The notes under the pieces: generated by a model
Seen by the model: only the letters and a program-made list of their open reading frames with translations
Told to the model about the DNA's origin: nothing
Database searches by the model: none
NCBI GenBank assembly: GCA_030829545.1
Contig: JAURAI010000001.1
Span: 70,234-134,233, forward strand
Direction of reading: 5' to 3'
DNA from: Poseidonia sp.
GTDB lineage: Archaea; Thermoplasmatota; Poseidoniia; Poseidoniales; Poseidoniaceae
Length of the DNA: 64,000 nucleotides
Shown here: positions 19,290 to 29,961 of the stretch, one piece after another
Numbering within the stretch: the stretch's first letter is position 1
Layout: each line of letters begins with the position of its first letter
Made by a program: the position numbers and the translations under genes

Positions 19290-20327
19290 TTACGAATGAA
19301 ATTCTTTTTTTGGCGAGGCGAAGGCCTCATCTTGCTCGAAGTCCTCAAAGGAAAATGAAGGTGGGTCAGCGCGCTCTCCAGTCCCGCTGGACTCCCAACG
19401 GCCTTCCCGCTTCGCCAGAAGATGGCATGCGACAATTTTGGTCACGAGGCAGGCTGCGGTGAACTGCGTCAAAGGGGTATCATGTTGAGGGGTGATTTCG
19501 TTGACATCCGCACTGATGACGGTGATGTTGGGGTTGCCAAAGAGCACCTCGATGGTCTCTACTGCCTGCCAGTAGGACAGCCCTCCGGGAACGGGTGTTC
19601 CCGTTGCAGGAACAAGTGCCCCGTCAAGGCCATCGATGTCAAGAGTGAAGTGGACTGGTCCGCTCAATTGACGCAGGTTGTCAAGCCATTTGGACCATGC
19701 TTTGCCACCGGTGTGCGGATGTTGCGTATCGCGGGCAAAGAAGGTCGTGATGCGTTCGTCCGCAAGAATTCGTTGCGCTTCTTGCGACGAGTAGGCGCGA
19801 ACACCTGCTTGAAGCAGCCGTCCGATACCGAGGTCTAAACTCCGTGAGGCTGCGCAGGCGTGAGAGAATATTTCGCCATTGAGATGAGAACGAAGATCGG
19901 CATGAGCATCCAATTGAACGACCGTCAACTTGGAAAGGTCACCACCGACCAAGGGGTGACTTGATGCAGCCTGTATGACGGGCGGCAAGATGCCGTGTTC
20001 ACCACCCAAAAAGAGTGGAAAACATTGTCCATCGAGCCACGGTGTTGCATGGCCGAGCATCTCATCGAGTTGCAAACGAAGTGTTGGGGCTTGAGCCTCA
20101 AAGTCCTCCAGTGTCATGATATTTGCACCGGCAGGCAAATCCTCACCCAAGGTAGGGTCAAATAATTCTACTTGAGCACTGGCTTGAATACACGCTCGCG
20201 GACCCTCGGCGGTACCCATCCCGTAGGATGTTGTCAATTCATACGCTAACGGTATGACAGCGACATCAACTGGACCGCCTTGCGAAGGCAAGCCGAGGAA
20301 TTGACGAGCATCAAAAAAGGCATCCAT
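19290..20327 (-). CDS. speB: Agmatinase (arginase/ureohydrolase family)
   Basis: GGEHGI, VQLDAHADL and DIDGLD are the Mn-binding ureohydrolase motifs. There is a C-terminal acidic extension. Confidence 0.8.
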   Translation of the reverse strand: MDAFFDARQFLGLPSQGGPVDVAVIPLAYELTTSYGMGTAEGPRACIQASAQVELFDPTLGEDLPAGANIMTLEDFEAQAPTLRLQLDEMLGHATPWLDGQCFPLFLGGEHGILPPVIQAASSHPLVGGDLSKLTVVQLDAHADLRSHLNGEIFSHACAASRSLDLGIGRLLQAGVRAYSSQEAQRILADERITTFFARDTQHPHTGGKAWSKWLDNLRQLSGPVHFTLDIDGLDGALVPATGTPVPGGLSYWQAVETIEVLFGNPNITVISADVNEITPQHDTPLTQFTAACLVTKIVACHLLAKREGRWESSGTGERADPPSFSFEDFEQDEAFASPKKEFHS

Positions 20328-20419
20328 TCCGCCCGGCCAGCGAGCCTCCCCTCAAAGACTTGCCGATACCCATTCGGTACCGTTGATGAGAGACAACATC
20401 GTGTTTTCATGAAGTTGGA

Positions 20420-20465
20420 GGGAACACTTAATATGGGTCGGAGGACAATATAATATAGCAACGGG
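20420..20465. promoter_or_regulatory. Divergent promoter region with two TATA-like boxes (CTTAATATGG, CAATATAATATAG)
   Basis: An AT-rich island in the 160-nt gap between divergent speB(-) and 20487(+). Confidence 0.3.
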
Positions 20466-20486
20466 GACCGAAAACACGCGGTTACG

Positions 20487-20930
20487 GTGTCCGAAAAAGG
20501 GGTTGTAAAGATGGGAATGACATTAGCAGAATTAACCAAAGCCATTCAACAGCACATTGACCTCGGCATGGATTCTGAGGTCGCTCAGGGCATGGCCGAA
20601 CACGCCTTGGGCTTCTTTGGATTCTACAATCGCATCATTGACAACGCCCTTGAGCCAACTGACCGCAACCTGTTTTACATGTTCCAAGATTATGACCTTC
20701 TGACGACCGAATCAGAAGAAACCACGCTTTGGGACGGCCGAGAATGGAGAATCCATTATTGGAAATTCAAGCCCGACCTCCGTGAGCGTGTCGAGGCTTA
20801 CATGCAGCGAAATCTGCAAGAAGATGACATCGATCCCTTCGCCGACATCTACAGCACCGATGGACCGAGTATTTGGACTCGTGAAGGCGAAAAGGTTGCC
20901 AATCCAAACGCTTTCACCTCCGATTGGTGA
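20487..20930 (+). CDS. Hypothetical cytoplasmic protein (147 aa)
   Basis: ORF with plausible composition and no recognisable family. Its C-terminus overlaps the upstream extension of the next track ORF, which I trimmed. Confidence 0.4.
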   Translation: MSEKGVVKMGMTLAELTKAIQQHIDLGMDSEVAQGMAEHALGFFGFYNRIIDNALEPTDRNLFYMFQDYDLLTTESEETTLWDGREWRIHYWKFKPDLRERVEAYMQRNLQEDDIDPFADIYSTDGPSIWTREGEKVANPNAFTSDW

Positions 20931-20978
20931 CATCCACCAGCATGCAAGCGTTTTTGATTCGCCGCAACGACGGCGAAG

Positions 20979-22341
20979 CATGCGAGTAGCAGTGGGACTT
21001 GTGGTCAGCATGCTGCTGGCAGGCATTCCAATCACGAGTGCTCAGTACGACCCCTTTCAACAAGAAGCATGGCCGGGTGAACCAATTGACAACCACATTC
21101 ACCTCACATGGGCTACCTTGACCATGGAGGTCGGCGAATGGGCCGATAGCCACCCCGACATCGTTGACGTGACCAGTGCAGGAGAATCTGAACTCGGCAA
21201 AACGCTCTGGGTTGTTCGCCTTTCTGATTGGTCGATGGAGACCAAAGAAGACGGGACGGCCAAGGAAATGGTCTACATCGATGGCGGTCATCATGGAAAT
21301 GAATACCTTGGTACTGCCCTGGCATGGTTGACGGCAAAATGGTACATCAACGGATGGGCAGAAGGAAATGAAGAGGCCATCAACGTCCTCCAAAACACAG
21401 AGCTTCACATTCTCATCATGCTCAATCCAGACGGCAACGATATTGACACACGTTGGAACATCAACCAGGTTGACTTGAACCGAAATTATGACCACTATTG
21501 GAATACCTGCCCTACAACACAACCGGGAAGCAGTGCCTTTAGTGAATCTGAAACTGCTTCAAATTCAGCCTACATGAATTCCTATATGACCGATGCAGAC
21601 CTCTACGTGACAATGCACACCGGTGTTTGGATCATGCTCTACCCTTGGGGGAAGTGGCCCGAGCAGCCACCGGATTGGGAACTCTTCCACTTCATTCGAG
21701 ATGATGTCCATGCGTCCGTGTCAGACATTCCGATTCAGAATGCGAACCAAGGCCTCTATCCAAATTGTGGGACAAGCCGAGATTACGGCTACGGCAAAAT
21801 GGGATTCCCGACCTTTACCTTTGAAACCGATGATGAGCAATTCGTCCCCGGCACCTTTGAGTCCCTGCATGACCGCTTGGAAGAGGAAATGGACGTGATG
21901 CGTTACCTCATCAATGAGGTCTGGTATTGGCGAGCACGCCTGGATGTCCAAGCGCTCACTATCAGCGATGATACGGTTGAAATGACAGTTGAAAATCTCG
22001 GCCGAGCAAGCACTCCTAACGCTTCACTGCAACACTTGGATGCTTCGGGTGAAGTGGTATGGAGTTCTCCAATGGTAACCGTCAATGCCTCCAATGTCAC
22101 CGAGGTCTCCTTTGACCTTGAAATGAAACCCCACAGCGATGGAACGTGGGAATTGATGTATCAAAAGCGGGTCATCAATGCATCTCAATGGGTCAATGAA
22201 TCAATCAATGCGAGTTCCATTCAATTCGTGGAGAAGGATGAGGGCAATTTTTTGACTGGATTTGGGCTGTTTAATCCGTTATCTGTCATCCTTTCACTGC
22301 TCGGTATCAGCGTGATAACGAAGCGAGAAGATGAAGTCTAA
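20979..22341 (+). CDS. Zinc carboxypeptidase, peptidase M14 family (secreted/membrane-anchored)
   Basis: HGNEYLG zinc motif (HxxE) with a downstream NRNY. N-terminal signal/anchor MRVAVGLVVSMLLAGIPITSA. The start is placed at this ATG rather than the track start 20782. Confidence 0.75.
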
Positions 22342-22350
22342 ATTCGCCAC

Positions 22351-23964
22351 TTGGTATCATCGCCCCATCAAATTGAGGCGGTAGAACAAGCCAGCCCGAG
22401 CCATTTCATAGCAGAGGGCAAGGGAAAAGGTTTGAAGTGGGGGGGTTCATTGGGCGAAGCAAGTGATATCATGCAAGTAACAGTCAGTTCAGGCAACAAC
22501 ATCAACGGCACGCTCGTCCTTCCACTTTTCGAAGGCGCAGAATCCGTCCCAGAGACCAACGAAGGAATCCCTACAGCACTGAAGAGCCAAATCAATCGAG
22601 TCCTCGGTGATGGAGACTTCAAGGCAAAAGCCAATGCAACCATGTCCCTCATGGGCACCGAAGGCGGCAAAGCAATTCTTATCGGCCTGGGCAAGGAAGA
22701 CAAGGCCGACCACCACACCTACCGAAAGGCAGGAGCAACCATCGTTGCGAGCCACAAGAAACACCACGGCAACGAAATGACCGTGTTCTTTGACACCTCT
22801 GATATCGAAGCCATGGCTTCCTTTGCTGAGGGCATGATGCTCCGTGATTACAGTTACGACCACTACAAAATGGCAGATGAGGATGACGAAAAAACTGAAC
22901 TTTCAGCACGTATGAACTGCAATGAAGGTGATGCAACGGCGCTTTCTGCCGCCATTGACCGAGCAGCTTCCATCACCAGTGGCGTCCACCTTTCAAGGGA
23001 CCTCGGCAACTGCCCTCCCAACGACATGTACCCCATGGCCTTCGCTGAGAAAGCGGAACTTTGGGCCAAGGAATATGACAATGTCAAGGTCCAAGTGATC
23101 GATTATGAAGCAGCAAAGCGCCACGGTATGGGCGGTTTGGTCGCAGTTGGAATGGGCTCCTCTCGAAAACCATGCATGGTCATCTTCACACTCAACGGTG
23201 ACCAGAAGGGTCAGCATCCGGTTCTGGTTGGCAAGGGTATTACTTTTGACACAGGAGGTATCTCGCTCAAGCCAGGTGCAAACATGGACGAAATGAAGTA
23301 CGACATGGGTGGATCTGCCACCGTCTTTGGAACAATGCAAGCCTTGGCTTCTTGTGGATACGACAAGAAAGTTGTGGGAATTACCTGCATGGCTGAAAAC
23401 ATGCCTGCTGCCAATGCTCAACGCCCAGGTGACGTCATCAAGACCCTCTCTGGCAAGACCATCGAGGTGCTCAACACCGATGCAGAAGGACGTCTTGTCC
23501 TCTCCGATGGGCTTTGGAAGGCTGGCACTGACTTCGATGCGGAGTACATCATTGACTTCGCAACCTTGACCGGTGCATGTGTCGTCGCTCTGGGACATGA
23601 AGCCACGGGATTGTGGTCCAATGACGAGGACTTCCGAACCCGCATTCACGAAGCCGGAAATGCTGTTGGTGAACTCGCTTGGCCTATGCCACTCCTTCCC
23701 GCATTTGAGAAGGAAATGACCGATTCAAAGATTGCCGATACACGCAATCTGGGTGCTGGACGGTATGGTGGAGCAAATACCGCTGCTGCCTTCCTGAAGC
23801 AATTTGTACCAGAACGTGGCGAAGGTGACGAAGCCAAGCAAATCACCTGGGCTCACATGGACATCGCTGGAACCTACTGGGGAGCGAAGACCAACAAGAT
23901 GGTGGGTAACGGTGCTACAGGCATCCACGTTCGAACACTGGTGAAATTGATCACTGGACAGTGA
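22351..23964 (+). CDS. pepA: Leucyl aminopeptidase (peptidase M17)
   Basis: NTDAEGRLVL signature and a VGKGITFDTGG-like motif. The start may be an internal ATG (~22471). Confidence 0.8.
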   Translation: MVSSPHQIEAVEQASPSHFIAEGKGKGLKWGGSLGEASDIMQVTVSSGNNINGTLVLPLFEGAESVPETNEGIPTALKSQINRVLGDGDFKAKANATMSLMGTEGGKAILIGLGKEDKADHHTYRKAGATIVASHKKHHGNEMTVFFDTSDIEAMASFAEGMMLRDYSYDHYKMADEDDEKTELSARMNCNEGDATALSAAIDRAASITSGVHLSRDLGNCPPNDMYPMAFAEKAELWAKEYDNVKVQVIDYEAAKRHGMGGLVAVGMGSSRKPCMVIFTLNGDQKGQHPVLVGKGITFDTGGISLKPGANMDEMKYDMGGSATVFGTMQALASCGYDKKVVGITCMAENMPAANAQRPGDVIKTLSGKTIEVLNTDAEGRLVLSDGLWKAGTDFDAEYIIDFATLTGACVVALGHEATGLWSNDEDFRTRIHEAGNAVGELAWPMPLLPAFEKEMTDSKIADTRNLGAGRYGGANTAAAFLKQFVPERGEGDEAKQITWAHMDIAGTYWGAKTNKMVGNGATGIHVRTLVKLITGQ

Positions 23965-23981
23965 GTTCAAACCAGCCCTTG

Positions 23982-24000
23982 CCCTCACTGTATGAGGGTC
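23982..24000. terminator. Hairpin (CCCTCA-ctgta-TGAGGG) just after the pepA stop
   Basis: 6-bp inverted repeat seen in the sequence, 20 nt after the stop, followed by the TATA-like GGTTTATATCC upstream of 24075. Confidence 0.3.
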
Positions 24001-24074
24001 TCAATGTTGCATGGTGTCTTGATTAGGTTTATATCCGGTGACAAGTAGGCCACTATACAACCGATGGTTTAGTA

Positions 24075-24776
24075 GTGGTGGATTTTATGGCTGACGACGA
24101 ATGGGAAGAGGAATTTCTCAAGCAACTGGAAGCCATGTTTACCAAGATGGGGCTTCCCTTCAACAAAGAACAACTGCGTGGCTTTTTGAAGCAATTCCGC
24201 GACCAATTTGAAGCCATGGGCATCAATCCTGAGAAGATTGCAAAGGGAGAAGTCAACTTCAATTTCGACATCTCTGAAATCAGCAAAATGCTTTCATCGG
24301 GGAACTCGCTTGAAGACCTTTTGAAGAATCTCGGGATGGATGTAAAAGTCGATGCTGCTCCCGTAGAGATCGACCCGAGTGCACTTGAAAGCGAAAACGA
24401 TGATACCATGAAGTTGCCAACAGAAGACGTGTATCTTGACGGCTGGAACATGTCAGTCACCCTTGATTTCACCCTCAAAGGAGACATTGAGAGCGAGCAA
24501 CTCGAAATCGAATTGATCAAAAATGGTTCTCAAATGGAAATCCTCCGTTCAACACAACCCCAACCCATTGCCTTGGTCGAACTGCCCCATCCCTGTGATG
24601 ATGTGGTGGAGTGGACACTCAACAATGGCATATTGGATATTACACTCAAACTCACCCCTCAAGGCAAGGCCTTGGAAACGGGTGATGATGACCTCCCTGC
24701 CACTGAGGAGGTAAGCATTGACGTCGGCGACCAAGATGACGACGACGAAGATGACGGTGGCATCCCCATCTTTTGA
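24075..24776 (+). CDS. Acidic protein with a C-terminal Hsp20/alpha-crystallin-like beta domain (candidate small chaperone or co-chaperone), translationally coupled to dnaK
   Basis: [16 protein letters not shown] resembles the conserved Hsp20 C-terminal strand (NGVLxIxLPK). Very acidic tail [13 protein letters not shown]. It is not GrpE-like. Confidence 0.35.
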   Translation: MVDFMADDEWEEEFLKQLEAMFTKMGLPFNKEQLRGFLKQFRDQFEAMGINPEKIAKGEVNFNFDISEISKMLSSGNSLEDLLKNLGMDVKVDAAPVEIDPSALESENDDTMKLPTEDVYLDGWNMSVTLDFTLKGDIESEQLEIELIKNGSQMEILRSTQPQPIALVELPHPCDDVVEWTLNNGILDITLKLTPQGKALETGDDDLPATEEVSIDVGDQDDDDEDDGGIPIF

Positions 24777-24790
24777 AAGGAAGTGAAAAA

Positions 24791-26674
24791 ATGAGTAAAG
24801 TGATTGGAATAGACCTAGGAACGACAAATAGCTGTGTGGCAACCATTGAGAACGGAGAACCCGTTGTCATTCCCAACGCAGAAGGCGCACGAACAACACC
24901 TTCTGTCGTGGCTTTTGCTAAAGATGGCAGCGAGCGATTGATTGGTGTCACTGCCAAGCGGCAAGCTGTCACCAATGCAGAACGCACCATGATTTCCGTC
25001 AAGCGTCACATGGGAACCAAGTGGACGACGGAAGTTGATGAGACCGAATACACGCCTCAGGAAGTTTCCGCCTTCATCTTGCAGAAGCTCAAGGCCGACG
25101 CTGAAGCCTATCTGGGTCACGAAGTCAAGCAAGCGGTCATTACATGTCCGGCCTACTTCACTGACGCTCAGCGAAAAGCCACCAAAGACGCAGGTAGAAT
25201 CGCTGGCCTCGATGTCCTTCGAATCATCAACGAGCCTACCGCTGCTGCACTGGCATACGGTGTTGACAAGTCCCAAGACCAGACCATCTTAGTGTACGAT
25301 TTGGGAGGCGGTACCTTTGACGTCTCGGTTTTGGAAATTTACGAAGTCGACGGCCAGCCTCAAATTGAGGTCAAGGCTACGGCTGGAAATAACAAACTTG
25401 GTGGAGACGACTTTGATGAAAAAATCATCACCTGGTTGGCTGCAGAATTCAAGAAAGACACCGGCATCGACCTCTCGAAGGACAAGACGGCCATGTCTCG
25501 GCTGAAAGAAGCCGCTGAGAAGGCAAAGATTGAGCTCTCAGGTACCCAACAAACCCAAATCAATCTCCCCTTTATCTCAATGGTGGATGGCCAACCTGCT
25601 CACCTTGACATTTCCCTCACTCGTGCGAAGTTTGAGGATTTGATTGCAAAACTCGTTGAGAAAACAATGGTTCCTACCCGACAAGCCATGAAGGATGCAA
25701 GTCTGAAGAAAGGCGACGTTGACAAGGTCATTCTCGTCGGCGGTTCAACCCGTGTCCCAGCAGTTCAGGAAGCCGTTGAAAAAGAAGCTGGAAAGCCTCC
25801 ATACAAAGGAATCAACCCCGACGAAGCAGTCGCCCTTGGTGCTGCTCTTCAAGCCGGTATCATCGCAGGTGACGAAGGAGTTTCAGACATCTTGCTCCTT
25901 GACGTTACGCCACTCACCCTTGGCATCGAGACCTTGGGTGGCGTCACCACCACCATGATCGAGCGAAACACCACCATCCCCGCACGACGCTCGGAAGTCT
26001 ACTCCACGGCTACTGACAATCAACCAGCGGTTGAGATCCACGTGTTGCAAGGAGAGCGAGAGTTTGCAAAAGACAACGTGACACTCGGTCAATTCCAACT
26101 CGTAGGTATTCCTCCTGCCCCACGTGGTGTGCCACAAATCGAAGTCACCTTTGACATCGACGCCAACGGCATCGTCAACGTCAGTGCCAAGGACATGGGA
26201 ACGGGCAAAGAACAATCCATCAAGATTGAATCTGCAACCTCGTTGAGCGAAGACGAAATTCAAGGCAAGATCGCTGAAGCAGAGAAATTCGCTGAAGAAG
26301 ACCAACGTCGAAAGGCCAAAGTCGAAATGCGGAACATGGCCGACCAAATCCTCTACCAGACACGACGAACACTTGACGAGTCGGCAGACAAACTCGAAGA
26401 GAGTGATGTTGAACCCGTAAAGGCTCACCTTGACGAACTTGAGAAGATGGTCCACGATGAAGACGGAAAACCCGTTGATATCGATGCGATGGACGATGCT
26501 GCAATCCAAGCCAAGGTCAAGGAAATCGAAGAAGCCATGCACGGCGTCTCCACCAAACTCTACGAAGCCGCTGCCGCAGAAATGGCACAGCAAGAAAGCG
26601 GTGAAGATGGAGATATCTCGGTTGACGACGGTGTCGTTGACGCTGATTTTGAAGTCGTAGAAGACGAAGACTGA
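24791..26674 (+). CDS. dnaK: Molecular chaperone DnaK (Hsp70)
   Basis: [23 protein letters not shown] and VGGSTRVP are the canonical Hsp70 motifs. The start is placed at ATG 24791 ([10 protein letters not shown]); the track start 24773 is TTG. Confidence 0.95.
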   Translation: MSKVIGIDLGTTNSCVATIENGEPVVIPNAEGARTTPSVVAFAKDGSERLIGVTAKRQAVTNAERTMISVKRHMGTKWTTEVDETEYTPQEVSAFILQKLKADAEAYLGHEVKQAVITCPAYFTDAQRKATKDAGRIAGLDVLRIINEPTAAALAYGVDKSQDQTILVYDLGGGTFDVSVLEIYEVDGQPQIEVKATAGNNKLGGDDFDEKIITWLAAEFKKDTGIDLSKDKTAMSRLKEAAEKAKIELSGTQQTQINLPFISMVDGQPAHLDISLTRAKFEDLIAKLVEKTMVPTRQAMKDASLKKGDVDKVILVGGSTRVPAVQEAVEKEAGKPPYKGINPDEAVALGAALQAGIIAGDEGVSDILLLDVTPLTLGIETLGGVTTTMIERNTTIPARRSEVYSTATDNQPAVEIHVLQGEREFAKDNVTLGQFQLVGIPPAPRGVPQIEVTFDIDANGIVNVSAKDMGTGKEQSIKIESATSLSEDEIQGKIAEAEKFAEEDQRRKAKVEMRNMADQILYQTRRTLDESADKLEESDVEPVKAHLDELEKMVHDEDGKPVDIDAMDDAAIQAKVKEIEEAMHGVSTKLYEAAAAEMAQQESGEDGDISVDDGVVDADFEVVEDED

Positions 26675-26700
26675 GGCTACCACCCGTCAAGCTTGAGGGT

Positions 26701-28341
26701 TTGGCTTATGGAGGTGTGAACGGTGGGTTACTCATGAGCGAAGTCCCGATTCTCAAAGAGACGACGCGCTCTACCGGGCGTGAGGCGCTTCGAAACAACA
26801 TTACTGCAGCCTTGGCCTTGGCCGGTGCTGTTCGAACCACTCTGGGACCGCGTGGTCAAGACAAATTGTTGATCGACGACCAAGGGCGAACCATGGTGAC
26901 CAACGACGGAGTCACGGTTCTCGAGTCTGCAAAGGTTGAGCACCCTGTTGCCCGGATGCTCATCAACGCCTCAACCACCCAGGACCGTATTGCTCGTGAC
27001 GGTACGACAAGTGCTGTTCTGCTATCGGCTGAATTGTTGCAAAATGCCTGGGAACTCGTCCTCCAAGGCGTTCACCCATCGGCCATTGCTCGTGGCTATC
27101 GAATGGCTGAAGACGCTTGCCGTGAACATTTTTCCAGCCTCACCCTTGAGGCGACGGTGGAACGACAGCACCAAGCCGCTCAAACGTCACTTTCAGGAAA
27201 AATCCATGCCGCCATGCAGGACCTTCTTGCATCCTTGGCCGTTGAGGCTGGCAAGGCGGTACTTGAGAACCAAGATGGGCAACGAAAAGCCGACCCTACA
27301 CGCGTGAAAATCCTCACTCAAACAGGAGGCGCAATGACCGATTCGCGTTTGGTCACCGGCTTGGTTCTCGGAAAGCAACGCGTCAACGATGCCATGCCAA
27401 AGCACATCAAAGCAGGCAAAATAGCACTTGTTGACGGGGGACTTGAGCGAAAAGAATTGATGGGCAACGTCACATTGAAGGTCACCAGTACCGGCGTGCT
27501 TGAATCCTTTCGACAAGAAGAAAAGCGATTGTTAACTCAACAAGTTCAGCAGCTTATTGACCTTGGAGTCACGCTCTTTGCTTGCAAAGACGGTATCGAT
27601 GACGACATGCACGGGCTCCTCTCCAAGGCGGGTATTCAGGCCTACCGAAGAGTCGCACGCTCCGACCTTGATCTGCTCGCACGTGGCTGTGGCGCTACGC
27701 TTTCCTATGATGTTAAGAGCCTCCACGAATCGGATCTCGGCGCTTTCATCAGCAGCAAGAACGAGCGCTGGGATGGCACCATGCATTGGATTGTTCAAAC
27801 CGAAGAAGGTGGGGCTACCTTCATTGCAAAGGGTTCAACTGAGGAAGCCGTTGGAGAAGTGGAACGATGTTTTGCTGACGCCTTGGGAGTCGCCTGCCAG
27901 TTGCTGGAAGAACCTGCCTTGTTGCCGGGTGGCGGTGCTACCCAAATTGCCCTCGCACGCCACCTTCGCCGACAGGCAGAACGTATTCCGGGACGCGAAC
28001 AACTCGCCATTGAGGCCTACGCCGATGCCCTGGAAGTCATTCCTCGAGTCTTAGCCGAAAATGCCGGCCTCGACCCACTTGATACACTGCTTCAGGTGGT
28101 TGCCAAGCAAAGTACCCATGACGGTGATGATGCCCACCATATCGGCCTTGACGTTGTGGCTAAACAACCAAGCAACATGGTTGAAAGTGGCGTTCTTGAA
28201 CCGCTGCGAATCACCCGTCAAGTGCTTGCTGGAGCGACTGAGGCCGCTCTTTCTGTGCTTCGTATCGACGATGTTCTTTGGGCCAGGCAAGACCCAAGCA
28301 TCCCCGATGGCATCGGCATGGATGAAAACGAACTTCAGTAG
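26701..28341 (+). CDS. ths: Thermosome / group II chaperonin (CCT/TCP-1 family) subunit, divergent
   Basis: TLGPRGQDKLL, NDGVTVL, ARDGTTSAVLL and LPGGGATQ correspond to the chaperonin ATP-binding motifs. Confidence 0.75.
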   Translation: MAYGGVNGGLLMSEVPILKETTRSTGREALRNNITAALALAGAVRTTLGPRGQDKLLIDDQGRTMVTNDGVTVLESAKVEHPVARMLINASTTQDRIARDGTTSAVLLSAELLQNAWELVLQGVHPSAIARGYRMAEDACREHFSSLTLEATVERQHQAAQTSLSGKIHAAMQDLLASLAVEAGKAVLENQDGQRKADPTRVKILTQTGGAMTDSRLVTGLVLGKQRVNDAMPKHIKAGKIALVDGGLERKELMGNVTLKVTSTGVLESFRQEEKRLLTQQVQQLIDLGVTLFACKDGIDDDMHGLLSKAGIQAYRRVARSDLDLLARGCGATLSYDVKSLHESDLGAFISSKNERWDGTMHWIVQTEEGGATFIAKGSTEEAVGEVERCFADALGVACQLLEEPALLPGGGATQIALARHLRRQAERIPGREQLAIEAYADALEVIPRVLAENAGLDPLDTLLQVVAKQSTHDGDDAHHIGLDVVAKQPSNMVESGVLEPLRITRQVLAGATEAALSVLRIDDVLWARQDPSIPDGIGMDENELQ

Positions 28342-28389
28342 GATGCCCCAATCCTTGTCTTCAAATAGACCAAGACATCGCCGCACTCT

Positions 28390-29961
28390 ATGGTGAATGC
28401 CACCGAAAGGCCTGTGGGCATCGACGACATCGCCATTCATTTCCCACGTTTGTACATGGACATGCGAGACTTTGCAGATTTGCGAGGGGCAGATTACGGG
28501 AAATTGAGCAAAGGCCTCGGCTTAGAAGCCATGGCTATTCCCGACGTCCATGAAGACACTGCAACGATGGGAGCGATGGCCGTCATGCAATTGATTGACC
28601 GTAATGGCTTGGACCCCAACACCATCGGACGGATGTACCTCGGCACAGAATCCGCACTTGATGGTGCAAAGCCAACGGCGACCTACATCATTGACATGCT
28701 CACACAGCGCTACGGTGAACGCTTTGGGTCTGATTGCTTCCAAACCTGTGACGTCGTGGACATGACCTTTGCCTGCATCGGAGCTGTCGATGCTCTCCAC
28801 ACCACCCTTGATTGGGTAGCACGCTCTGATGAAATTGACGAACGTGTTGGAATTGTGGTATTTTCTGACAATGCCAAATATGCTCTTGAATCCTCAGGCG
28901 AGTATACGCAGGGCGCTGGAGGAGGCGCCCTTTTGATTCGGAGAAACCCACGTCTTCTTGAGGTCCCTGATTGCATTGGAGTTTCAACCACGCCCGTGCA
29001 CGATTTTTTCAAACCACGTCGTGAGGTAACGATTCGCTCCGTGATTTCAAATGTTATTCAACTGGCTCAAGAAGCAGGTCAAACCATGAAAAAAGGACTT
29101 GTTGAGCGTATGATTCGCCATCTCCCGAAATCAACGGTTCGCAAGTTGGGCATCTTTTCGCACGGCGAAGAGAAGGTGAGTGTTCACCGAGACGAGCCGA
29201 TCTTCGACGGCCAATATTCCAATCGATGCTACCAAACTGCAGTGCGTCAAGCCTTCCATGATTTCTCCAAGAAGGCTCAACGACGAGAGCGTATTGACCC
29301 CGTGAATGACGACCCATTCACCGAGCAATGGTCTCGAATCATCATGCACCTGCCCTATGCATACCAGGCAAAACGTATGTTTCCAGATGTCTTCCGACAT
29401 GACCGACAAGACACGCCAATGTGGCAGGGCATCGAAGAGCAGCTTGGTGCTCCTCCAGAAAGCCCAGATTCTGATGACCCAGAGGCCCTTCTTCAGTGGG
29501 AGAGCGACATGGACGGATACCGTCGAGCCATCTCTAAGACTCGTGAATACATTGCTTTCCACGCCAGCAGAATCGAAAAAGGGCAGCGAGCAAGCAGCCT
29601 CATCGGCAATCAATACACGGGCTCAATTTTCCTCGCACTGATGTCAACCTTCGAATCCGATCTTGAAGAAAATGCCAACCTTGACGGGGCTATGTTGGGT
29701 ATGTGCGGCTATGGATCCGGTGCGAAGGCCAAGGTCTTCGAGGGCCGCGTCAGCCCTCGCTGGAGAGAAGTCGTTGCAGGATGGCACCTCTTTGAACGAC
29801 TCGCAGGACGCATTGCCATTGACCAGACAACCTACGAAAACCTCCACAAGGGCGTTCAAGAAGGAAGCGTTGTTGAACCCAATGCTGAATTTGCACTCGT
29901 CGAAATTGGTGATGAAGGCGTTGATGAAGGCGCCCGCCGTTACCGGTGGATTGGCGCTTAA
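28390..29961 (+). CDS. Hydroxymethylglutaryl-CoA synthase (long eukaryote/bacterial MvaS-like form, 523 aa)
   Basis: GIVVFSDNAKYALESSGEYTQGAGGGALLI and HDFFKP align with the HMGCS catalytic regions. There is a ~150-aa C-terminal extension. Confidence 0.6.
   Translation: MVNATERPVGIDDIAIHFPRLYMDMRDFADLRGADYGKLSKGLGLEAMAIPDVHEDTATMGAMAVMQLIDRNGLDPNTIGRMYLGTESALDGAKPTATYIIDMLTQRYGERFGSDCFQTCDVVDMTFACIGAVDALHTTLDWVARSDEIDERVGIVVFSDNAKYALESSGEYTQGAGGGALLIRRNPRLLEVPDCIGVSTTPVHDFFKPRREVTIRSVISNVIQLAQEAGQTMKKGLVERMIRHLPKSTVRKLGIFSHGEEKVSVHRDEPIFDGQYSNRCYQTAVRQAFHDFSKKAQRRERIDPVNDDPFTEQWSRIIMHLPYAYQAKRMFPDVFRHDRQDTPMWQGIEEQLGAPPESPDSDDPEALLQWESDMDGYRRAISKTREYIAFHASRIEKGQRASSLIGNQYTGSIFLALMSTFESDLEENANLDGAMLGMCGYGSGAKAKVFEGRVSPRWREVVAGWHLFERLAGRIAIDQTTYENLHKGVQEGSVVEPNAEFALVEIGDEGVDEGARRYRWIGA

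Noticed and set aside
24075-24776. GrpE identity for the gene upstream of dnaK
   Set aside because: No GrpE signature (long paired helices followed by a beta-domain GFR...RPA motif). The C-terminus looks Hsp20-like instead.
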